Below, piece after piece: positions 11,401-24,598 of a stretch of 64,000 nt of DNA. The position numbers and the translations under genes are program-made. Below the pieces are notes generated by a model. It was not told the DNA's origin, did no database searches, and worked only from the letters and a program-made list of their open reading frames with translations. The DNA is from Sphagnum compactum (taxonomy: Eukaryota), in contig OZ234494.1 of NCBI GenBank assembly GCA_965153455.1, forward strand, positions 7,564,001 to 7,628,000. Reading direction: 5' to 3'. How positions within the stretch are numbered: position 1 is the stretch's first letter; each line of letters starts with the position of its first letter.

Positions 11401-11566
11401 CTAGTGTTAGAATATTTTCAAACATATTGGTTTAGGGTTAGAATATTTTTCAACATTTTGGCTTAGGATTAAAATCATTTATGACATCTTGATTCAGGAT
11501 TAGAACATTTTTTGACATCTTGGCCTAGGGTCGATGACTTTGGCCTAATAAAGAGTCACCTCCAGT
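8424..11566. mobile_element. Non-autonomous element built from ~20-bp AAGCCAAATGTC-like tandem repeats, split by the LTR element at 8579-11028
   Basis: The same degenerate repeat (taagccaaatgtc / ttaggcc) occurs at 8440-8578 and 11029-11330, in inverted form at 11330-11550. Loosely complementary ends TGGAGG...TAGGCC (8425) and GGCCTA...CCTCCA (11543-11563). Confidence 0.5.
8579..11028 (-). mobile_element. Internally deleted Ty3/Gypsy chromovirus LTR retrotransposon
   Basis: TG...CA ends with TGACACACCC / GGGCATGTCA inverted termini and a perfect 5-bp TSD CCATT (8574-8578 and 11029-11033). 3' LTR 8579-9276 with PPT at 9277-9285; partial 5' LTR ~10765-11028. Degenerate integrase C-terminus (NRILNQYLCNF..DHKDW; FVPKYVNPYK; HSTFHVSKLKP) and chromodomain remnant (YLIKRKGCH...HLYHLLEMVEKF) at ~10080-10760. 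Confidence 0.88.
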
Positions 11567-11951
11567 ATGGCTCTTTTTGTATTCCATAGTTTTTACACCG
11601 CATAAAGCCCTGGTCCTGGGCAGGGTCTTTTATTCAATTTTATCGAGTAGGTGGACTGACTAATTTGGCTAGAGGTTAAACAATAAAGTAAATTAAAGTT
11701 TTGCAGGGTTTTGATAAAGTAAAATTTCTTGCCTAGTTCTGGCAACCAATAGATAAATATGGGGACCAAGACAGTATGTCATTGTCTAAATATGGGGACA
11801 TGTGACATATGTTTTTCCTCATGATAAAGCAACTTTGACAATTTTTTTCCCCAAAAAAGCCTTTGTTAAATTCACACTGGGTTTTGTTTGTTTGCCACGG
11901 TGCCAAAAATTCGCCAAGAAGAAGAAACACCGGTCCTAGGGCTTTACCTAC

Positions 11952-12287
11952 ACATAACCGGTTGTCGTGGATCATTCTTCCAATTCCCTTGGCAGATTAT
12001 GTGCTATGGAATGGGGCTTGCCCACCCAGGAACGTGGCAGGTGTAGAAAGACAACCCACCATTCCACACTGTTCAGTTATGTGATAACAGTAACGACCTG
12101 GATGTGCTCTAGTGTGTAACCAGTTTATGTGTTCTATTCAAGCACTATTAATTCATTTTTCCTAGGCGGGATAAGCAGTTATCTCCCGGCTACACTTTTT
12201 TTTTTTCCTATCACTGTCAATCTTAATGAATGATCAAGTGAGATATGAGCCTGAAATTTGAAATCTCAACTAAAAAACTGGTTATGT
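11952..12287. mobile_element. MITE-like element with short terminal inverted repeats
   Basis: ACATAACCGGTT (11952-11963) versus AACTGGTTATGT (12276-12287), 11/12 complementary; no coding capacity. Confidence 0.45.
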
Positions 12288-13242
12288 TGTGGAACAGGCC
12301 CTGGCAAAACCTATTTCCACCCAACAAAATGGCAGCTTGCCCTACTAGGCTCACCATCCTCCTGGGCAGAACAAGCCCTATTGGGCCTATTCCATGTACA
12401 TATCCGGTTTCCTAGCTATTGATGCGATTCACATCTCAATCCTGTTCTCCAGGGTCATTTCTCCAGGGTATGCAAAGCACCAGGCTGTTTTTTTAACACT
12501 AGGATGAATCAGATTCACAAAGTGTAATCAGAGGTGGGAGGGAATTTCCGTTTGTTGTCAGGCGTTGCATTTCTTCATCAAGAATTCTGATCCGTCATTG
12601 GGCCTTACAGTTCTTCACTGCGGAGCAATTATTGTGCGAGCTTCAACCTTCAACAATTGTAATCGTTAAAGATCTCAGTAATTCTAGTGAAGCATTATTG
12701 CCAAAACAAGTTGCAATTGGAAGTTGGAAGAGCGAGCTTTGAATTGACTATCTGTCTATATGACATGCAAAATAGACATAGCTAGCGGAAAAGTTCCTTC
12801 ATTTCATGAAAAACTCTTGGATTTGAAATCAAAACTATACCTGGAGCCAGAGAACAGAGTTTTCTCTGGCTACCAAAAATGCTGCATTAGGTTCAACAAC
12901 TGTCATTCATAGAAGCAAGTAGGAACTCAGTCAATTGCACCCCACACAACTATATCCAGGTGGTGAGGATGCACTCCTAGTGTTTCCTTGATAATATGGG
13001 AATTACTACTAAGATCATCCACCATATCCAATTGATACTGTTGTGAGCTGAAAAAGGATGGTCCCCTCTTTGAGACCTCTTGCAGTTCAAACATAATTAC
13101 AATTCTCTTGATGCCTTGGAAAGAGCATGTGTTGAATCACATTGTTTCTGATTGCAAACTACCTACTACCTTAATTGTGCTTTTGCAAATTGTTGCCAGA
13201 ACAAAACCCCAACAGTTTAATTTCCAACTAAGGTAGTTCCAA

Positions 13243-15461
13243 TTATGATTCTTTGGATGCAACCATGTCATCACCTTCTGACAACAAAAGCAGATCAGTT
13301 GCAACACTACCCTCTTGGACAGCTTCCAGCCTTTGTTCTGCCTTTTTATTTGCAAACCTGAGACATAACAGAGCAAAATTTGTGAGTGTCACCAATCTTG
13401 TACAAGTACGATTTTTCATCTTGGGGTGTTGGAATGGAGAAGTAAAATAAAATGCCTATTTCACAGTACATTCCCTTACATGGAGAGAATGGTGACCCAG
13501 ACTATTTCCACGCAATCCACCCACAGAAGACGCTGTTCTACTGGGACTAATCCATATGTCACCAAGTGTGCAAATGGCCACAATTTCCAACCAGCCTGCA
13601 CACATCTGGAGAACAGAAAAATTAGAATTCTTGGTACAGCTGCACAGGAAGGAGACAAGAAAAAAAATTGGATAAATTAACTTGTAGATTTCTCTTGTTT
13701 CTGATGTTCATGGCAACAGGAACCAAAGCTGAGGAGGAGAGTTCACATACACTAAGAAGAGGGAAAAATGTTGCTTTTAAATCTTTCCAAATCCGCACAG
13801 GTGATTCAAACCGCAAAAGTCCCAGCACCACATAGTAAATACTATTCCAGATGGCTGACCAGATTGTTTGATCAAACACCACTTTCAATGGAACCACCCA
13901 CCAGCCCTTGAATGGAAATAGAAACTGCATGGAGAAAGGAATGAATTAATTATCAGAACTTCTTCAAGGGTATTGGCAGCAGACAACCATAGCACTGGAA
14001 AGAAAGAATGACGTGACTAGATGTCATGACATTATCCAAGCCTTTCAGTTGATTCTTTTCTTCAAGATCTGTGAAACTTCACATACCTCACAGACATAAT
14101 AGTAATAGTGTGATAAGGAGCCATGCAGGCAGAATCCGACGAGTCCTGATCTTAGCAACCGAACTCTGTTGAATTCAAGAACAGGTTTCCCCTCCATACA
14201 CTGCAACAGGGAAACACATGCATCACCTTTCAAGTCATACAAGAGGACAAAGACCATGGACAGAGAATCTCTCTATGATGGCTTCTCAGGCTATATGGCA
14301 GTTACTTGCCAAGGCAGCCTCTCGCTGGAGAGCTGCATCGTGTGATTGAAAAGGACAACAAAGTCTGGAGAGCAAGGCGACATTAATTTAAGGAAAAGAA
14401 ATTGTTTAAATACCTGGCCAATCCAATCACCTATGGAGTACACCACTCCACTTATCATCATCTTAGCAATGACAGGATTGCTCTTGAGAACTTCCTCGTA
14501 TGCATTCCAATTGTGCAGAGGTGCGTACTTGAGAATTTCCATAATTGTCCAACCCTGTTCGACAATCATCACACATCGAATATCAGCAGATTATCAGAGA
14601 AATCCAGCTTCAAGAAAAGCTCGTCTGGCATACGTAGCACGCCGCAGAAATTCACAAGCACGAAAAGATCTTCGTCTGCCGTAGTTCAACGGATCAAAGC
14701 TGCAGGGTAGCGGACACACTTACATGCCAGTAATCGTGGTCGACGGTGACGAGTTTCGTGAACGCGAACGACAAAGCAGCCCCAGCTAGGGTAGCATTGA
14801 TGGCCCTGTCCAGGTATCTGTTCTCCTCCTCTTCAGACTTGGCGAACCAGACCAGCTTGGGATGATACATGGGCGGCGCCATCACTTGCACGTCGGCGGT
14901 AACTATCTCCACACCCGACAATTGTTCGCGGACGCCGGAATTGAATCCCCCTACAGGTATTGGCTGCGGCCGCGCTTCATTGAGATCCAAACTCTCGGAC
15001 AGCGAAGCCATAAAACCTTCTTGCACTTGATCGCCAAGCACTGCACCTACAGCATCTATGATCAGCTTCGGGTCTGCCGATTTGGATACAGCACTCAAGA
15101 CCGAAATTCTGCGACGAGGCGCTCCATGAACCAGCTCCACATCCTCTTCTATCCACAAAAGTTTTGCCGCATCATGATCATGATCTCTGCTGCTGCTAGT
15201 AACGGAAGTATTCCCCACTGCAGAAGCCAAATTGCCTCCTTCTGTCCATTGAGCTCTTGGCTGCAAACGTGCACATGAATATCTGGCACACGTATTACTC
15301 GTGCCAATTATTTTTTTGCTGCAAGTTCTGACGGGGCTCACGAACTCTGCAATAACACATTCATGTTTCAGTGCAACACCTCCAAGTTCGCGATTTTTCG
15401 ACAAATTAGTGATACCTGATCTTATTACATGACTGCTTGTTGGATTAATCAAAGCCGCCAT
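13243..15461 (-). CDS. Mpv17/PMP22-family membrane protein with a long N-terminal extension (probable plastid transit peptide), about 465 aa, 6 exons
   Basis: Exons 15461-14724, 14554-14414, 14200-14087, 13924-13751, 13595-13480 and 13357-13243, GT-AG and in phase. Motifs DHDYWHGWT.MEILKYAP.HNW.AYEE, GDWIGQ, HGSLSHYYY, KVVFDQTIWSAIWNS and AGWKLWPFAHLVTYG.VPVEQRLLWVDCVE. Confidence 0.93.
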
Positions 15462-15857
15462 TGCACAGTGTACAGTGCCGTACACTGTTGTTTTATCACG
15501 TCTGGTAATCGTGATCAATGCGCGAGCGAGCTGGGCGGCAATCGAGGACTGTCTCCGCTCAGAACGGCGTGCCGCAAAACAGGAGAACTTCGAACGGGGG
15601 AGTGCGGTGAAGAAGCGTATTCGCAAATTTTTGCATTTATTCTAGAGCGGGTTGTGCGCCACGAGGAGAGCGATCTCTGGCCGTCGATTGAGCCAAGCAG
15701 ACGGACACGATTGCACAAGGCGTCGCCCCCAAATCGTTTTGACTTTTGACACTTGGCGAAAGTCTCCCAAAGTCTAAAAACCTGGTCCAATGATAGTGTG
15801 GATGGGAACCTTTGGGGTCAGGTGACAGCTGTGAGGTGCCCCCAGTGAGAATACAAG

Positions 15858-15865
15858 CCACGTGG
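15858..15865. promoter_or_regulatory. Palindromic G-box/ABRE (CCACGTGG) upstream of the Mpv17/PMP22 gene
   Basis: Perfect GCCACGTGG about 400 bp upstream of the ATG in a GC-richer promoter segment; function not demonstrated. Confidence 0.4.
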
Positions 15866-18800
15866 ACGATGGACTCTGGATTCGGGATCTGGATTCGCCA
15901 GTTGTGCCAAAGTGGAATTTTTGGATTTGCATGTGGATAAAATCACCGTCTGAATACTCAAAAGGCAAATCCCCCCACCCTCATAACCACACGGCAACCG
16001 GCGAAGGCTGTATGAATAGATGCGTTACAAGTGGGCTCTGAGGTGGGCGATTTTATTGTAGCATGGAGAGGACCCAGTAGGGCCCATTACACGAAGAATC
16101 GGCCTTGGCAGTGTTCTGTCAGGTGGTAACAGGTTCTACCAGGGCCCGTTCCAGACTAACCAGTGTTCCTAACCGTTGATCAGATTGGAAGTGGAAATGG
16201 CAAACTGAAAACTGGAACCAGCAGATGACCTCCAGGTTCCCACCTAAGGAAAAACCTTAAAAAGTACCTGAATACCACACCAAAATTGGTTACCTTATCG
16301 TTGGGATACCTCCAGTTTTTTGCAGTAATTGGTTAGAATTTTTTCTAAAGTCATGGTCACAGGTTTGTTGGATCTACCCTGAGGGAACAGATTTCACCTA
16401 TATGAGTGACAACTTGGAGCCCTAAAAGTACTCTCTATGTGTATTTTTTACATGTCGATCCTGGGGTCAAACCCTGGTACCCACATGATATGTGTATTTT
16501 ACATATCAGATTCATTTTGCACTCATTTACTCAACCATATTACACAATTCTATGATCTTTGATGACTGTTTTCCTATCTTCAAACCCTTCCCCTACATAA
16601 AGACCAGCGTGATTTTTTTGGCTAACACAAAAAGTGATAAAATGGGAAAAACAATGTAAATATGCAAAAGATAGAATAGTGAGTTTGAAAACTGTACCTC
16701 CAGAAATGTGGAAGGCCCAGTACAGCGGGGATCCAGCCGGGATCTCAAATCCAGAAGGTCTGTTTTCAGACCCTTCTCCTATACTTAGGCACAGACCTCT
16801 TGCACAAGACTACTAAAACAAATTTGTGGTTAGAAGATCAGCACTTACACCATGCTTGATTTCACACCAACTTGAGAATGGCCAAGTTTTCTCCTAGATA
16901 GTTGGTGTGAAAACAGAGATTTAGTGTGGGTCACGCAAAGAGCAGGTGCCAACTCCAGTCACCTCCCTTCTCTTTTTCAGTGGGATTGCTCAGTATCTAC
17001 TGTTATTCGTTTGCTTTACTGAATCTCATCTTGCAAGCCGAAGTCTCATCTGAATTGCGTCCCTTAGTTACAAACGTCATGTTCTCTTATGCGCTGTCTC
17101 CTTGGCGCACCAGCTCGTTGGCCAACTCTGCCCTTGCTCCAAACTAATCTGTACCTTAAACCAATTAATTCCAGACCTCACAGCGCTTTAAGCCTAAGGC
17201 GTAAAGAGCCCTAGGTAGTAGTGGGCCCTCCTGGAACCTGAACATATCCTATATTACCCACAACGCCTATGTCTTTTTCCAAGCCCTAAACTAAAACCTG
17301 TTGTTTCGCCTCTGGTTCTTTAAGTCAACAGTGGGGCTGAATTTTTGGAAGTGCCCCAACTCCTAGGGCTTTACCCTAAACAAATTTGCACTGGTGGGCG
17401 CTTGTTCACTGTGACCATTATATATGGCCTGAGCTGCGTGTGCCTATGTCATGGCACCAACGACACTGTGCAATACTATGGCCTTTCAAAATAAAGCTTC
17501 ACAGCACCCTGATTTCTGGATGACTTGATTAATATCACAATGGTTGTAGTGGGGGCTAATTGAAGTACAACGTATGTTGCTTGGACAGATGGTGCGTAGA
17601 CTGATGAAGTGATCATGGGATAACATAACATTATCAGCATATATACTTTCCTGGGTATGAAGGTCCCACATGAGTATCCAGGCAACTTGCATAAACAGCT
17701 TCCTAAAGTGTACCTGCAGCAATCACCTCTATGTAGCAGAAGTAGTAAATGATTTTTTTCTTTTTTTCTTTTTTCTTATCCCTTTGTACATTTTCCTAAT
17801 CTGCGGTGTGTCTATCAATAAAGTTTTACAGGGTTGCATCATTTTGACAAGGAGAGTTTGTACTTTGGGCCAGAGCAATTTGACCCACACATTGGGAAGT
17901 TCCCCCAATTCAGCACAATGAAATTGTTGAATGTCAATTTCAATCCCATAAGAACATTGTCTGAGTATGTCGGTTCACTATTTAGTATTTTGTTAAATGT
18001 GTGGGTCCAGAGAGCATGTAACAGATGGAGTGCAATCTTAAAGTAAGGCATTTTAGACTTGACATTTTGAATTATCACTAAACTCTTTTTCATTACATTC
18101 TTGGTTGTTGTTTTGTCTTTTTAATGAAAAATAGATTTTAAAAAAAAAATTAAGCTTCATTGTACATTGTGTTATCTCCAGTATTGACACTATTACTAAA
18201 TATATTAACATAAATATTGGTGTAGGTATACTATAATTAATGATATTGCATAACCATGATAAAATTTCAATAATGTGTAATGTTTATCACAATGATATCA
18301 TAGGTATTGTAATGAATATATATAATGTTTGTACTTAACCTAGGTATGGAGTAAAACATAAGTTTGCATAGGTTTAACAATGTGCAAAAGTCTATAATAA
18401 TTATATTAATGATATTTTAGGCTTTGCAATTCACGTATGAAACACAACCACATGTATTGTTATTGTTTGGAAGTTCCATCATTGGTATTCCATGTCCTTA
18501 TACATTATTTACACGTCTTCATATATATTATGTAACTATTGTTTGGAATTTGTGATTGAACATATGTTGCTTTGTTTAAAACATATGTGTGACTTCCATA
18601 TGCTAAATCTCATTACTCACATGTAAAATTGTGTGTACCTAACATTAATGTAGAGAGTGCACATTTTCTAAGGTTATAAAACATAGATATTGTCAAGGAG
18701 TTTGATAATTTGCATTCAAAGCAACTAGACTTACATCATTGGTATTACCATGTTCATATATACCCACATATTAAGTATTGAACTATGACATAAGAATTGG

Positions 18801-18979
18801 ACTTAGGTTTAAATTCATGATAAGGATATTTAAAAAGTCACAATTTATTTTATCTAATATAGCTTGTGCATGTGTGTTCTCATGTTCTAATTCTAGTGGT
18901 ACATGTAACAGAGTACCCCATGGTATGCCCAAAAGGTGTTCATGCTCAAGATGTGTCCATTCTTGTTTTGATGCCCAAA

Positions 18980-19330
18980 ACTCGCCAAGGTTTTACAAAT
19001 GTGGCGGATGCCGTGGTTGATTACATACCATGGGCTAGTGTGGGAAAATACATTGAAAGAATAAAAACAACAAGGATGCACCATATCAATTCATACAATG
19101 GCATTATGACTAACCATAAAACTTGAAAAGGTCACTAATTGATAGTCACATTGGTCATCATTGGTAAATAATCACATGAAAATAAATGCACTTGAAGTGG
19201 GGATCTATGTGGGTATAACATATTGAAATCAATAACATTGTGTTTTGTATGCATGTAAATATCATTGCAACTTTGAACTAGAAAATTATCTTGGTGATTT
19301 GAGGCATCCCAAGGTGTATACACATGAACA
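18980..19330 (+). mobile_element. Possible degenerate fragment of a MULE/SWIM-type transposase N-terminus
   Basis: Frame fragments DAVVDYIPWASVGKYIE and VLYACKYHCNFELENYLGD resemble, from memory, the IP(W/Y)ARV..F and Y.C.FGPENY blocks of plant MULE-derived SWIM proteins; many stops. Confidence 0.3.
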
Positions 19331-21894
19331 AGGTTCTTGCACTTTGGAATGAATCACTGTTGTAAAATTATTTTTATTGAACCACGTGGCAAGAAAAGGT
19401 TGGAGGACAAATCAATAGCGTAATGAAATGAGGTTGGCAAAAATTTCAAGTTTGTTAAATTTTTGCAAAAAATTTCAAACTTTTTAATTGGCTTTCCTGG
19501 TTGTGCCAAGGTGCGCATGCGATTTACTTCACGTGTGACAGTCATCTTTTTTGATTATTCGAAACCTTTATTTAAACCCTAGACATTACTCGATGTTAAA
19601 GACAAACTTGAGCTTTGAGAAAAACTTGGTATTGTAGTTTTCTTTCAATCACATGCAACAACTTGTTAGCCAAGGAGTTCATTGACCAAAAAGTTTGAAA
19701 GATCGAAGTTGGGTTTGACAAGTTAAAATAATTACGGCTTTAAAAGATCCCTCATCGTTAGGGCTTTTTTGGGTGATTGTTGTTTCTAATGAGCTTCAAC
19801 TTTTGTTGCAGATTTTGTAAAACTACAACTTGTTATTTAGCGTTCATCAACGCCTTCAACATTGGTGAATGTCAACTATACCAAGTTGTGTTTTTGGGTT
19901 TAGGGTTGTAAACAAGTTTGTTCATTGTGCAAGCCTAGAGCTGATGAAGTTGTAATGGAGGGTTCTCGACCTCCAAAAGGTGTTGAATTGAAGGCAAATG
20001 TCGAGCAACTTTGGGTGTAATCATATATTTAAAGTTGTATGCACATATATGGAAGAATTAAAATATTGAAACTCATTTGAGAATAAACTTGCACTTCATT
20101 GAAACTGCTAACATTTTATGTTTGTGGGTTCACAGAACAAAAATGCAAACGTGATTTCAAGTGTATTACTGACAATGTGGATGACATTGAACAGAACATG
20201 ATATGGAGACGAGTTATTAACATGGGGAGATTCCATGAAGTGTTCTACATTCCCCCACAAAGTCCACAAAGAGGTGAACTAGTTGACCTTGAAGGAGTTT
20301 GGAAAACTTTAAAGTATTAGTAGAGAATACTAAAACTTCTACTCATCTAGAAGTTAATTATGTCTCTCATGCTATTATGTTGAACAACTTTGGTCAATGT
20401 ACTTTGCTAATCCAATGCAACATCCTTCATTGAATCACTTGCCAAATTTTTGAGTTCGAAGAGTGCGTTGTAAGAAACTAGCAATTAGTAGATCTTCTAG
20501 TTTTAGTTTGGTGAATTTCAATGTAGACATGTAGCTTGAACATGAATTTAAAAGTAGTTTATATTAGGTTTCATTGCTACAAAATGTGGGTGCAATTCAC
20601 TAGTCCCCATTCACTAGACCAGTGAAATCATCGCTTCTTCAGTAGTCCCCGTTCATTACAACCAGTGAATTCATTCAAAATCCAGTGAAATCACTTGGCA
20701 TACAGGGACACCTTTTGTTGTAGTGTTTGTATGTAAGCTCTTTCTAATTCTGGAAATTCCAAGCAATTTTGATGCCGACTATTCATGTTTGATTATACAT
20801 TGTGCAAGCTCATTTGTTTCTAGAACTCTTAAGTGCAAAATCTCAAGTGGCTATAAAGTTAGGTACATAACTTGTCATTTCATCTTGATATGTGTTTTCA
20901 AAGTTAAATGTTGGGGCTAAATGTGATGCATATATGTGTTTCCGTTGGTTTTTCTCAAGAATTAGTATTAGGAAATTAATGAAGCTTGAAGTATTGTTGA
21001 TGCTAACAACTTGTTTCTAAAACTTGGTAAGTAATGAATTCAAACAAATTGTGAGTGGAGACAATTCTATGTAACCATAGAGAAAATGTAGATGTTAATA
21101 GTCAAGAACATCTATGGTTAATTGTGCCTTTCAGTTGTAGGGTTGGGTTCATTTTTGAATTTTGCAATAGTTTGGAGATGCACTTTTGAGAATTCTATTT
21201 TGGTGATTTCAAGTGCTCAACATAACTTTTTGAGAAATTTTCATTCTAATATTTTTCTTGTGAAAAGATAATCCACAAATTAGTTTCATCAATTCAAGTT
21301 GGGCAAAACATTTGTGAATCAATCAGGAATTTGTGCATTCCATCAACCCACCACTCATCAAAGTAGCTAGTTTATAGAAGTAGAATTGCCATCCATGGCT
21401 GTGTGATCCATAAAAACTTAGGATTTATTGAAGTAGTAGATGGTGCATATTGGGGAAACCTAAAGTACTATGGAATGAAGTGCTTGTGAATTCATGCAAA
21501 ATATTGCCACACTGCTTAATATGAATATGTGGTTTTGAGTACTTCCTTACCAAAATATTGAATGGTTGTTTGTAGTTATATGATTAGTTAAGGAAACTTT
21601 GATTTGCTCACCACAATTTAGAAGCAGGGGGTGCTTAGACATGCCTCTATGTTGTTTAAGGAAGGATTGCTCTCCTAACCATATTTTTGTGTTGTTTAAG
21701 GAAGACTTTGACCAATTCCACATCAAAACATCATGCAAGGTCACATTGTCATGTTTTACATACAATATGAAGTTCAAGAGATGTTCAAATGTCAACTTGC
21801 AATGACTTGCTTGAAAAAATTAAAGTTTCCCTTGTTATGTTTAAACGCCAAATTAGGTTATATCTTTAAATTTAGCTTCAACATTCACCTAAAA

Positions 21895-22750
21895 AAATTA
21901 GACCCTAAACCCTAGCTGTAATCCTAAAACAAACCTTAAAATCATATAACCCTAAACCCTACAAAACAATTGACACCAAAATTGAAAAATTAGATCTTAA
22001 AGCCTAACCCTAAAATAGACTCTAAAATCCCTAAACCTTAAATGAAGAAATTTAAACCAAAATAAAAAATTTAGATCCTAAACCCTTACCCTAACTCTAG
22101 AATAACAACTAAAATGACTAAACCTTAAACCCTAGATGCAAAAATTGAAATGAAAACAAAACATCAGACCATAAACCTTAACCTTAACCTCTAAACCCTA
22201 AAATAGACCCTAAAAAATTTAAGACCTAAATTGTAGATGAAGAAGTTGGCACCAAAAGCAAAAAGATCAAACCTTAAACCCTAACCTAAAAAAAACCCTA
22301 AAATCAACCCTAAAATCAACCCTAAAATCACTAAACCCTTAACTATAGATGAAAAAATTGACATTGAAAAAGATCAGATCTTAAACCCTAACCATAACCC
22401 TAAAACAACAATTAAAACAACTAAACTTTAACCCTAGATGAAGAAATTGAACCCAAAACAAAAAAAATCAGATGCTAACTATAACTGTAAAACATCAATT
22501 AAAATGACTAAATCTTAAATCCTAGATAGAAATTGACATCAAAATAAAAAAACTCAGATCTTAAATCCTAACCGTAATTCTAAACAACAACTAAAATGGT
22601 TAAACCTTAAACCCTAAATGAAAAAATTGAAACCAAAATAGAAAAATAAACCCTAAAACCTAACCCTAAAACATCAATTAAAATTATTAAACCTTCAACC
22701 CTAGATGAAGAAATTAAAATTAAAACTCAAATCCTAATCCCTAACCTAAA
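21895..22750 (+). repeat. Degenerate tandem array (~80-95 bp units) rich in plant telomere-like CCCTAAA
   Basis: Recurrent AGATCTTAAACCCTAACC...CCCTAGATGAAGAAATTGA units (e.g. near 21990, 22072, 22164, 22375, 22469, 22555); strong C/A strand bias. Confidence 0.8.
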
Positions 22751-23339
22751 GATGAAATAAAAGGCTCACATATAAATTATGCATGGGCTCAAATTGTGGG
22801 GACTATTTGAACCACCAATTCATCAATTTGTACCAAAGTGAAGTTGGTCAAAATCTTGAATAAATGTGGTGTGGCATGCATTGTAGCTAAGATGTTTCAA
22901 ACACCAAGAGTTGGGTCCACGAGTTGTTCTATCTCGTCCCCATCTAAGGTGAATAAAAACAAACATGAGAATTGCAAATAATCATCATAAAATGAAAACT
23001 AACCATGTCCTTTTGATCCATATTCTTCAACATCTCCTCATCATTTGAAATAAAAATAAAGTGATCATTAGTAGAGAAAGAGTCATGACTTTCATTTTGG
23101 GAAGACATCTTTTGGTTTCAAATGAAAGAAAGTGAAATTCCCCCTTAAATAGCTTTCATGGAATCTTAGTTTACATCCTAGAATGTTAAATTCCACCAAA
23201 CTTACATTGAAACCCAATCTTTTGGGTCTAATTTTTTATTTCATCATTTACATACACATAAAGCAAAACCATAAAATTACATTTCTAAACATAAGTTCAT
23301 CATAACTTGATCTATGTTATGCACCCTAACTTCATAACT

Positions 23340-23720
23340 TTAACCCTAATTAAAAGAATCGCTTCAATTTCTATAATTTTACTCTTAATTTATGAACCCA
23401 AACCCTAAAGCTTAAAGAATAAAACCAAAACCCCACAGCCCTAAACCATAACCCAAACCCTAATTCAAAATCCTAACCTAAAAATAAAACTAAAATATTA
23501 AACATAAAGCTTAAAAGCTAAACCCTAAAATTGAAAGTCTTAAGCTAAACCTAAAACTTTAACCCCAAAATTCCAAAAATAAAACACTGAATCTTAAACT
23601 CTAAAAATAACCACACACACAAACCTTAAAATCTAAACCTTAAAAGCAACAAATCCTAAACCCTAAACGCATAAACTATAGCTTATACCATAAAGCCCCA
23701 AAGCCCTATATAGCCACCTA
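23340..23720 (+). repeat. Second telomere-like (CCCTAAA/AACCCTAA) degenerate tract
   Basis: Multiple aaaccctaaa variants in the same orientation as the first array. Confidence 0.7.
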
Positions 23721-24598
23721 GCCCTAGCCCCCATAGCCCCCCTGTCCCTAGGTAACCCAAAAAGGAAAACAAATTGTTTTGATACCCCTTGGGGGGAGTT
23801 CATGCTGAGTTTGGGAAGAGAGTGCCTTGTTTTCATGGCTTTATGGATAACAATGAACAATACATAGGAACAACAAGCGACAGTCAAAGTGGGCCCCAAG
23901 AGGGCACCACTTTATGGATAACTCAATTATGTTATGAATTTGATGTTTTAAGAAAATAGTCAAGTTTTGGAGAGAAAATGTTTTCAGAAAATTTTGCTAC
24001 ACTTGAAACAAATTTAGATTTTGGGGCAGTTTTTCATCAATTTCTACACATTTCATAGAATTTAAAAACTTATCAACAGTTAATGCTACTCTTTTGGGAT
24101 GATGGCTGATACTGCTACATTAGAAAACTGAAAAGAAAATCCAGTGGGTGACAGGCCACTAGACTCTCCGGCTCCTGTCGTAACCAGCAGGCCTTCAGGT
24201 GAAAAGAAACCAACTGATGCTTGCTAGATGAAGACATGGCGACATTTCCTTGCAACCTGGGAGAAATCTTCTGTAGCTGTAAGCTCCCGCCCAATCAGTA
24301 GGAAAATTTCTTTTCAGTAGGGCCAATGATAGTGCTGGTTCCAAGTTCAGGAATCCTTCACTAACCCAGGCTTGACATTATGGATGCGAAGTATGGTAGT
24401 ATTTATGCGTGCAGCCAGCTAACCATGTCTCACGGCTGAAATCAAATGTATATACCAGCAAATTTGATGCAAGGAACCTTTGGAGCTTGTGTTGTTTGTG
24501 CACAAGTTCCTTTATGTGGTTAGCAAGGCTAATGACAACACAAGCTACAAAACACTAATGGTGACTCCTTTCCAAGTTCCTTTATATGGTTCCACGAT

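Noticed and set aside
15462-15626. Upstream extension of the Mpv17 exon-1 ORF
   Set aside because: It starts at a non-ATG codon; the first ATG in good context (GCAATGGCG) is at 15461.
17476-17722. Exon-like minus-strand segment after TGCTGCAG
   Set aside because: None of the three frames gives a recognisable peptide and no partner exons were found.
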